From: Ancylonema sp.
Taxonomy: Eukaryota
Length of the DNA: 64,000 nucleotides
Reading direction: 5' to 3'
NCBI GenBank assembly: GCA_050230475.1
Contig: JBFLGF010000002.1
Location: forward strand, 1 to 64,000
Shown here: positions 38,279 through 48,907 of the stretch, in pieces
How positions within the stretch are numbered: position 1 is the first letter of the stretch
Layout: the number at the start of each line of letters is the position of its first letter
The notes under the pieces: model-generated
Seen by the model: the letters and a program-made list of their open reading frames with translations, nothing else
Told to the model about the DNA's origin: nothing
The model's database searches: none
Translations under genes and position numbers: made by a program

Positions 38279-38866
38279 AGGGGATGATTTGTTCATAGGT
38301 TCTCACAAATGGTGTATTACCAAGGTGTTGAGAGACGTTGGTTAATGCATGTACAACCTCTCACTAGCTTTTGTGCGACTCTATGGGCCTTGCCCTCGCC
38401 TAGTTGTCCGTACTCACTCGTTTCCACCAAAGGTTCTCACGACATGAAACATAATGCGTACGGCGACAAACACCGATTCCTACTTGGTGTTGACATCGTA
38501 TCATACATTGCGCGTGGGGCTGTTCACATGAGCGTTGGGTCCAAATAGAGGGCATCAAATAGAGGGCAAAGGGGCAAAAGGTATTGCGGGAGTACATTAC
38601 TATACATAAATAGTACTTCCTCTCCACCATCAACCAAGGGGCCTCGTGGGACGAAAGATGTTTCCGATTTGATACGCAAATCGGCCATTGCACTACGCTT
38701 GTTCGGTCCACGCACTCTCGACCTACTCGAGACATTGCCTCAATACGTCTCCCTCCTCATTGGTCGACTCACATGATGGCGTATTCCCCATCCACCACCG
38801 AATCGCTTTCCCACCACAGTTGGAAACGACTCCCCGAACGAGACAACGGGCTATGGAGACGACAGG

Positions 38867-39714
38867 CTAGGCATACAAACTCCCGCCGCCTGCACCAACA
38901 TCCCAACTCCGCTCAACCTCTCCCCTCCGCATTAACCGCATCTGCGAGGAAGAACCGCAGGCAAATTTCGCCCACAACAAACCCTCTCTCCCTACAGGCA
39001 CACACCTCTCCAGGCATCCTTCCTTATCAACACCCCCAAACCCCAACCCCGACCCATCCCCCTCCCTCACCCTGAAGGACGTCTCCTGGCAGGAAGGCGA
39101 GTGCCAGTGGGGTGACTGCCCCCACCAGCAGCAGCATCACTGAGAGCGCCATTGGCAGTGTGGACTCGCCCTGAACCCCACACACAGAGGGCCACAATAC
39201 AACACAATCCTCATTTGCGTGCTTCTTTTTGCCCCCTTCATGTTTATTTCCATGTACAGAATGATTGGACTGAGTGTGATGCCCTATTCGCTCCCCTCCA
39301 CGCACCGAAAGGGCCAGCAGCCCGACTAGCAGCAGGGGTGGAGCTCGTAGCAAACCTGTGACTGCCCCCCGCTGCGATTCCTCAATGTACCTGAAAACAC
39401 CGAGACATGCCACGTGGACTCGGGGATGGGAGAGTGGCATGAGAGACTCTGAAACACCAACGTGAGCCGTTGGCACAACTGACAACTGCCTGGCAGACCT
39501 ACCAGGACCAATTGGAGAAATAAAAACCCTAAAAAACAGCAAACGAAACAAAACGTGGGCCCGAGCGAGGCGAGGGTGGGGCAGGAGGGGGGCAGCTATG
39601 GCTCACACGCTCCTCAGTCGTGCCAGTGCCGGCCCCATGACCCCCGCACAGATCTGGAAGATGCAGAAAACAGCGACCTGAACCCCCACAGCCTGCACCC
39701 GAACCCCCAACCGG
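38867..39714 (-). pseudogene. 5'-truncated duplicate of the last MOT2-like exons
   Basis: Matches 41925-42772 but is cut at the duplication junction. Confidence 0.85.
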
Positions 39715-40337
39715 TTGTTTTTGTTCTTGTTATTGTTGTCATCATTATTATTACTTTTATTGTTATGATTATGATCATCATGATTATTATTATGATTATT
39801 ACTAAAACGAGATGTGCTTGTGGGTACCTCTGGTATATAGGCGGAAACATGCATAGATTTCAAACCTGGTACTGACTAACGAAATTTGAAGAAGTGATGG
39901 TGATTTGGGCTAGATTCGAATTCAGTTCCAAAAAGAATGTAATGAATCAATCATGAATGAACAACTATGATATGGTCTGCATCATCGGGGAATGCTACCA
40001 AATTTATTGTCCTCATGCTCTGTGCCCATACAAATTGTACCAAAACGTGTTTATGGGCGAAAACAAAGCACAATGATGATATGAGTGAGAGCTAAGGACT
40101 ATGGTAAACCGAATACTGAGCTTTGTACGAGACGTGGGTCTCTGACATCTTACTCACTTATACCTCACTTCGTAATTTCTGAGATAAGTCTTGTTAACAA
40201 GTCAACAAGGACCAACCTCTTTGGATGTCTCCTCCTTTGCGTCCCTACACTTCCTCTAAACGCATCCCGGAATTACTTTAAAAGTTGGTCGGTGCGTGAT
40301 ACCTATTTCTAACCTGCTCACTCGAAATGTGGCGCAG

Positions 40338-40886
40338 TTGGCGACATACGACCAATCCAAAGAAGCAATCATTGCGAGCGGTGCGATGAAAGACGGTTTC
40401 GGCACACATGTGACGGCTAGTTTCGCTGCCGGATTTGTGGCGGCAATCATGTCGAATCCGTTGGACGTCTTCAAGACGCGGCTGATGAGATATGAAGTAG
40501 TGGAGGGGAAGGCTGCACCGTAGAAGTATCCTCGATTGCGCGATGAAGACTGTGCAATCTGAGGGGATCATGGCGTTGTATAAGGTAATTTGTGCGGTAT
40601 ATGCTGCTCCTCCATATTCGTAGGGTGTTTGTTTCTTTCTTTCTTTCATTCATTCTTTGTTGTGGTATGGCGATGGTCCAATAATACGAGAAAAAGCTTG
40701 CTTGCCCGTCATCTATGCACATGTGAACCCTGTCTCGATACGAACGCACACATACTTGAATCCCACTCACCTTCATTCGCATCAACATTGCAGGGTTTCG
40801 TTCCCACTATCACGCGGCAATGGCCGTTCACAATGGTGCTCTTCGTCACTTTAGAACAAGTGAAGAAGACTCTGGAAAGATTTTGA
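40338..40886 (+). pseudogene. Promoterless, frameshifted duplicate of the last two DIC exons
   Basis: Copy of 36144-36694 with substitutions and indels (atgagatatgaagtag; ccgtag stop at 40521-40523). Confidence 0.85.
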
Positions 40887-41924
40887 GTTTGCACTAGACT
40901 TGCAAATATTGATTATTGTGATAGAAGCGAAGCGAACAAGTAAGTTTCTTTGCTTCATCTTATGTTCGAGCCATAAATGTCATATTGACATCTCCATTCT
41001 TTGTATATATTTCTCCACGCGGCAAGTATAAGTGATAACGTAGACAACACAGCAATGAGATAGAAATCTCACCCAGTTTTGAGGTACCAAGTTTATGTCA
41101 CCAAGGTGTCGAGGTTTTCGGCAGAGGTGGGTCACATTATGACGGAATTATGCAGTTCTTGTACCACAGCGGTTGCTGGTTGGTGAATGGCAACAGATTG
41201 CTCCGAGAGCTTCTTACGCACCAGTGTGACATGTGAACTTCACATTATTCTTCTGGTCGTACATATCTTAAACAGATTCGACATCAATGACCTCTGGAGA
41301 GCCATCGACTTCTCAATGTCACAATGAGTTTGACGAAAAGGGATGATTTGTTCATAGGTTCTCACAAATGGTGTATTACCAAGGTGTTGAGAGACGTTGG
41401 TTAATGCATGTACAACCTCTCACTAGCTTTTGTGCGACTCTATGGGCCTTGCCCTCGCCTAGTTGTCCGTACTCACTCGTTTCCACCAAAGGTTCTCACG
41501 ACATGAAACATAATGCGTACGGCGACAAACACCGATTCCTTCTTGGTGTTGACATCGTATCATACATTGCGCGTGGGGCTGTTCACATGAGCGTTGGGTC
41601 CAAATAGAGGGCATCAAATAGAGGGCAAAGGGGCAAAAGGTATTGCGGGAGTACATTACTTACATAAATAGTACTTCCTCTCCACCATCAACCAAGGGGC
41701 CTCGTGGGACGAAAGATGTTTCCGATTTGATACGCAAATCGGCCATTGCACTACGCTTGTTCGGTCCACGCACTCTCGACCTACTCGAGACATTGCCTCA
41801 ATACGTCTCCCTCCTCATTGGTCGACTCACATGATGGCGTATTCCCCATCCACCACCGAATCGCTTTCCCACCACAGTTGGAAACGACTCCCCGAACGAG
41901 ACAACGGGCTATGGAGACGACAGG

Positions 41925-44747
41925 CTAGGCATACAAACTCCCGCCGCCTGCACCAACATCCCAACTCCGCTCAACCTCTCCCCTCCGCATTAACCGCATC
42001 TGCGAGGAAGAACCGCAGGCAAATTTCGCCCACAACAAACCCTCTCTCCCTACAGGCACACACCTCTCCAGGCATCCTTCCTTATCAACACCCCCAAACC
42101 CCAACCCCGACCCATCCCCCTCCCTCACCCTGAAGGACGTCTCCTGGCAGGAAGGCGAGTGCCAGTGGGGTGACTGCCCCCACCAGCAGCAGCATCACTG
42201 AGAGCGCCATTGGCAGTGTGGACTCGCCCTGAACCCCACACACAGAGGGCCACAATACAACACAATCCTCATTTGCGTGCTTCTTTTTGCCCCCTTCATG
42301 TTTATTTCCATGTACAGAATGATTGGACTGAGTGTGATGCCCTATTCGCTCCCCTCCACGCACCGAAAGGGCCAGCAGCCCGACTAGCAGCAGGGGTGGA
42401 GCTCGTAGCAAACCTGTGACTGCCCCCCGCTGCGATTCCTCAATGTACCTGAAAACACCGAGACATGCCACGTGGACTCGGGGATGGGAGAGTGGCATGA
42501 GAGACTCTGAAACACCAACGTGAGCCGTTGGCACAACTGACAACTGCCTGGCAGACCTACCAGGACCAATTGGAGAAATAAAAACCCTAAAAAACAGCAA
42601 ACGAAACAAAACGTGGGCCCGAGCGAGGCGAGGGTGGGGCAGGAGGGGGGCAGCTATGGCTCACACGCTCCTCAGTCGTGCCAGTGCCGGCCCCATGACC
42701 CCCGCACAGATCTGGAAGATGCAGAAAACAGCGACCTGAACCCCCACAGCCTGCACCCGAACCCCCAACCGGACCACAGTCCAGCCTCAGATCACACCCA
42801 GCCCCCCCCCCTGCCACCTCAGCATGGCACGTCTGCAGGCAGTGCTGTGCTGACCTGGCACTGCAGGGGGATGAGAAGGCTGCCGGCCGCCACAAACAGC
42901 ACGGCTGAGAGGTTGTGTGGGTGCAGCTTGAGGGCCACCCCACCCAGCCCTCCGGTGATCGACAGCGCCGCCAGCAGCGCCCCGCACATGGCGCTGAGGG
43001 CGAGGCAGGCGGACAGCAGCCCCAGAGGAGCGCCGCGCCCGTCATCCTGCGGCAGGACAGCTGTCAGCAGCTGCAGGCGGAGCGGGGCGGAGTCAGCGTG
43101 GGCCTCATCGTGGATGGCTCACGATGATGGCGGGCGGCCAGAGGAGGGGGAAGAGGGCCATGGGGCAACCGCAACAGACCTCCAGGATGGCCAACACCAC
43201 CAACCGCCGCTCTGACACCCCCGAGGAAAGAGGAAGGAGGGAGGAGGAAGGAAGAAGGACGAAGGATGCTGAGTGGGAACCAGTTGTGCGGAGCCCCCAC
43301 TACCCCTCCCTCTCAGACATCCCTTCCTGTCCTCTCACCCACCTCTTGCTACGGCACTGTAGGCGGCCCGGACGGCTCTCAGCAGAGCGGTGGTGCTCGA
43401 GCCCCCCTCAGTGCCCACTCCCACTCCCGCCAGGCCCTTGGTCTCACCCCAGGTGAGGGTGAGCAGGAGGGAGGTGGCAAGGGCTGGAACGAGTGCCAGG
43501 TCAACGGGCACTGCTGGGTCAGCCATGGTGGACACAAAACTGTTGGCAACCACTCCGGTAAGCAGTGAGATGAGAGGGGCTCCAAAGGCCGCGGCACACA
43601 ACGTGCCAGCGACCCACTCGCCTCTGAACCCGAGCTGCACACCCACAGGGCAACGCCAGCTGTCCTCATCACTGCTGTCCTGCTCGAGAGCTGTACGGAA
43701 TGCTGTGGGTCGATCCAGGAGAGCTGCAAGTGCGCTAACCTTCGCTGTCTCTCCTATCAAGCTGGCCTCCATAACGGAGGTCAGGATCCCCATACTCGCT
43801 CCTGTGGCGACACGTGCCAGGAGGTGCACCTTGAAGCTGTCGGAGTGAGCAGACAGACAGGCCACGAGAGCAGCCAGCCAGAAAAGGCTGCAGACACGTC
43901 GCCGGCCCCTGACATCACAGCCGGGTGGGGGGGTGAGGAGAAGGAAGCAGTGAGCAGTTTATGTGCAGAGGAAGCAGAATCTGGCAGTCCTGTGGAGGGG
44001 CCTGACAGGACCTGTGATTAGAGTCACTTCATGTGGACTGAGTGACGTACCATCTATCAGCAGCAACGCCGAGGGAGAGGGACGCCACAGACGCAGAGAA
44101 GTAGTACACAGCAAGCAGGAAAGAAATCTGCGTTCTGCTGTAGTCGTAATCGGTGTAGTAGGTGTAAAGGTAGGGCAGCTGAATGCTGTCTGCAGCTGCA
44201 CGGAAGGGAAGCAGGTGATGAATGTCAGATGGCCATCGTTTGGGAACGAATTCCGACGGAAGGACGAAAAGGAGGAGGAACACAGAGGAACACTTCGAGA
44301 GTTGGGAACGTCTCTGCTGTTGTAAAAGGTCTCGTTGAAGTGACACGTAATGGTCGCATGTCAGGGAATTTGAGTCGATAAGGAATGTGAGTCGGGGTTC
44401 CATTGGATCAAATGGTGCTTCGTATGAACGGTGTGGATTGCCTCCTGCGGAATGTGCGAGTTTTCTGAATGGTATGGCGTTGTGAGTACTGCTGCGAATG
44501 GAGATCCTGGTCCGGTTTAGTACGTACCAATGGCCAGCAAATACACCGACAGGTATCCGAACTGAAACAATTGAAACTCGGGACTGGTGTCTGTGCGAAA
44601 GTAGGTTCGCTGCGTGTACAGAAGCCCGGCACAAGTCACGACGAGGCATTGAAAAGCAAGAGTGTAATACTCTTCAGGAACTTCGGTCCACAGAACGGAT
44701 TGCAGTTTGGTCTTCAAGGGCAGCTCGGCGGAGACGGCGGACGACAT
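41925..44747 (-). CDS. MOT2: MFSD5/MOT2-like molybdate-anion transporter (DUF791, MFS); multi-exon
   Basis: TSPEFQLFQFGYLSVYLLAI|AADSIQLPYLYTYY...GVAADRW|GR; HSDSFKVHLLARVATGASMGILTSVMEASLIGE; GVVANSFV...PVDLA...LTWGE; YIEESQRGAVTGLLRAP. Confidence 0.8.
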
Positions 44748-45693
44748 AGTTGGAGTAGCTGAAGGGTACCGGTGCGGGGAGGAGGTTCATGCAGCATCCT
44801 GCCTGCTTGCCTCAAGTGACATGAAGAGCACGTCAGGATGCGTTGACGTCCATCGAGACGCTCATATGAACACCTCTACGATTCTACAATAGCGAAGTAC
44901 CCAAAGCACAGTCGAGGGAGAACGAACTAGAGTGATCGGTTACGGTTCTCCAGTTTAAGCACCAAATCCACTTTAAATTCTTGCTTCACGGTAGAGTGCA
45001 AGCTGCTCAGTGCAATTGAAGGGTAAGTACTGGTCACCGCACTTGCTGAATGAATGGGAGACAAAGTTTCTCTTCTTCCTTACTCTTGGCATTCATACTC
45101 AAGAGAAGAGGCCTTTATGCATGAAGCACGAGCACGAGCAGTGACTGGAGCAAGATTCTGGTGAATGTGAGTACTTCATTGGAGTCAGTCACGAACTCCG
45201 TTCTTCCTTGAGAATTGCATCCGTGTCAGGTGTGCCGAAAACGTGCCTCGTGTAATGGCTGCAGAGGCACTCAATATATTTGTATGGCTGTTTTGGACTA
45301 TGCAACACTCTCACTACGGAACACCTGATTCAAGTTCCGCAGGAAGATTTCCCGCGCCCTCGCTCGCTTGTGATAAACGTGTTTCTTTTTACTTTTTTTG
45401 GTGTGGTGATTTGGTGTGTATCATACTGTACCGGTAGCTTTTACGACAAGTCTGCGTGTCTGCGTGTCTGCGTGTCTGCGTGTCAACGTGTATTTCCTGT
45501 TGGCGTTGGCGCGAGTCGGATATTTTCATCCCATATGGAGTCTCCGTAGTCATTTGACCCATCAATTGCTGGACCTGAGTTTGCAATTGTTAGATTTGCT
45601 GTTCCGGAGTCAACACCACCCCATCTATATCTGCCGTTGCGTAAAACGAGGATGATCGATGGATAATGTGAAGCTTGAAAAATCTCCTAACAG

Positions 45694-46240
45694 TGTTACG
45701 GCGCTAGTGGAGAGTAGCGGCATAGCTTGGTAGAAAGCACTTACAGACACATAAGAACTCGAAATGGAATAATGAGCACTAAGTGTACAGAAAGTACATG
45801 AGTTGTTAGGAGCAAGTGAAGTGTAGCTCCTAACACATATTTATACTCATGAAAACATAACTCACACACTAATGGGAGAACTAGAATACTCAATAGCATC
45901 ACAACTAAAAGCACTAGGCTAGAGGCACAACTGAAGCACTAGGCTAGAAGCAAACAAGTGCGGGATAGGAGTACTCGCTATAGGACCACTAGTGACTAGA
46001 GAGAGTGGTCCTAACTCTTGAGACGTCCGATGCATTTTTTTATGGGTCGGATCGAGTTTTGGTCGAGTGTGCAACGTCAGCATCTGGAGAGTGTGCACGA
46101 TTAGGGCCCTCCATTAGCTTGTTGTGCACATGGTTGCGTGAGAGAGTGTCGATTGCATTGCAACGGTCGCTAGGACATACGATACATGCTAGAACCCTAC
46201 GTCTAGAGCAATCCATGGCCTTGTTACATCCCCCACCACC
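45694..46240 (-). mobile_element. LTR retrotransposon remnant: one 535-bp LTR (45694-46228) preceded by a polypurine tract
   Basis: Minus strand reads ggtggtgggga|TGTAACAAGG...CCGTAACA; TGT...ACA termini; internal short direct repeats (gcactaggctaga twice). Confidence 0.6.
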
Positions 46241-48907
46241 GCATATTCCACTTCCTTCTTCGGAGTTTCATATTGTTGCTAGTTATGCTAGTTATGCTAG
46301 TATTGTTGCTAGTACGATCGGCTCACATATTCGTCATTTTTTAGGATATGTAGTTTCTTTATAGACACGTTCTTTTAATGAGATGGGGTTCTCGGCGTTT
46401 TTCAATAATATACCATTTTCTTTATATTGGGGGGGTTCATCTAGCTATTTTTTGTGTTTTTTTTTCCCTTTTCGATTTCCGATTTTTCCGATTTTCAATA
46501 TTAAACACGTACCCATCTCAGAAAAAAACACGTGCCCTGCCCGAAATCGACTGGACTAGTCTCCCCAGTCTAAACCTAGTCTAACCCAGGCCCACCCAAT
46601 CTACCTAAAAATCCCAAGCTACCATCCCAAAACTCAAGTCTAATGAAATCCATTTCAACACGAGACTGGAAGCGGACCAAACCCAGTCCGAAGTGGAGAC
46701 TACCCCCATGCCAGCTTCAATACGGCGATGTGTTGCAATTGATAAAACACCACCCCCCCCCCTCCCCCCAATAATTATTGAGATGGGTGTTATCTTTGGC
46801 CACTACGGTAAGTGGTCGTAATCTAGGCACAGTATGGGCAGAGCCGGTTGTGAATGCCAGTCGGCTTTTCAACTCAATACAACTCAACTCTCAAGATTCA
46901 GATGGTACAAAATAACTATCAGCACATTCACATTAACTCATGCTCACACTCATACACTTTGCACAACACATAAACAGAGCTTCTTTCTCGTAAAAACAAG
47001 TGAAAACAATATCCGAAAAGAATTGTCACTATAGTGGTCTGGTAGCGAAATCTGGGTCGGTCCACGAAAGGCGTCACCATTCGTGGAGCATCTTGCTTCA
47101 AGCGTATAAATTACTTGCGACCCTAGAAACATCGGACGATCGATATACACCATGTATACGGCATCTACACAATACATTGCGGCACGCGCAAGGCCGGCCA
47201 CGTCGTCATTGACACATCTTCGCTAACACAATCCATCGACCAATCAAAAGGAACTAGTGACGCGAACCAGAGCCAACGCGTCACACTACCACCTATGTGA
47301 AATATAAGCACAATGTTCATTTACTCATTTCATAGACACACATAGACACACATAGACACACAAAACAGAACGCCGCCGAAAATACCCAAGTTCCTCATAA
47401 ACTAATTAGGCAACTTTGGCCAACTGAAATCGTAACGTGTATCTAAACTTCAATTTGTATGTCGCAGCATATATCTCACACCGGTTGGCTCATCCCTTTT
47501 GTACCGACCCCCTAGCCACAATGTCACATGAAGGATGCCAGATGCTAGCCAGTTTCCAGTCCGGGGGTGGCCAGTCTTCGGCTGGGGACTGGGCCCCATT
47601 CTACGGCAATGCCGTCAAAGAATCATTTATTTTTTACAGCCGGACGATTTGCTGTCAATACGAGAACTATCCACGATCGCAATAGCCAATCACTGCCGAT
47701 TTTGTGGGCGTACGGAACTAGTACAATCTGCGATTCCCGCTCGACGCGCGCTTCGACTCCAAGACACGGTTGCCACTTGGCACTGCCATCACCCACAACT
47801 CGAGTTTCCATGCTCTACATGTTCTTCTGAGGGTGCAATCATCCAACGTCCAGGTGGCAAGCCCAGAGATGTCACTGGAAAGGGCAGCGAGTGCACTTAT
47901 ACCGTCCTGCCGGCGCACCTATCCCCTGCTTCCCCTCATTCACTGACTCATTTATGAGTCTTCGCTGGACTGCGATGATATATATTTCTTCCTTCAATCG
48001 TGAAGCCTGGTGGCGATGATCTCATCAATGACACTGTCCCAACTGTTAATTCTTTTCCCTCTACTTTAATCTATAACATCTTGTGTGAACGGAACGACAA
48101 AAGTAAATGCTGTGGCTCTGCCAAAATCTGGAGTATCGTGGAATGCACAATTTCCCAAAAACGAACCTTGCGGATATAGCAGAAGGGAGCGCTGGCACGC
48201 TGTAAAGACACCGTATCGTGAGTATTCTCGTGCATTGACGCCTACAAGTCCTTTCATAATGCCACTGGGTGGTACCCGGGAGGAATTTCAATTTTGAATA
48301 CCAGGGCCTGTTAAATTCGATCGCGAGTAGCACCTCAGTGCTCGTGTGGATATGCATTTCCCATTCGCGTAATAGAATCATTCAGGACCCGATATATATG
48401 TATTGCATAGACATTTACTGCTTGGCTTGTATGCATTGATTCTGTTTGTCTGCGATCAGCGCTCGGGATCCCTCAAGCATGTCCGTCCGTACATTCGCTC
48501 ACATTGATTCATTCCTGAACAGATGTCTGTCCAATGATTGGCGGCATTGATTGGCAGCAGAACGGAAGTTCGCACACGTCATAGGGCCTTGGAGTGGTAT
48601 GATACAGTCTCTGCTTCAGCATGCCACGGTCGCAGCCCCTCTGTGGCCAGCTGTCACTGGATCTGAATACCGTTCACATCAAACGTGCATTCACAGTGGG
48701 GATGGATCCAAACCTCCGTCTCCTCTTCATGCTCTTCAGGGCTGTGTACCTGGGGGGTAAGACCATGGCGCTGCCAGCTGTCATGGAGGTGGATCCGGGG
48801 GGGGGCATATATCGCGTGCAGGGGAAGTTCTGGCCAGGTAAGCCCTGCCGGCCGCACGGAATGATGGATGGAAGGTGACACCCCCTCCCTGGCCGCCACG
48901 TGTCCAG

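Larger units (their letters stand above)
35520..42772 (+). repeat. Tandem duplication: unit 1 35520-39714, unit 2 39714-42772 (unit 2 lacks about 37148-38280)
   Basis: Same ORFs at offset 4194 (35891/40085) and 3058-3059 (38309/41368, 39027/42085); junction ...cccccaaccgg|ttgtttttgttc at 39714. Confidence 0.95.
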
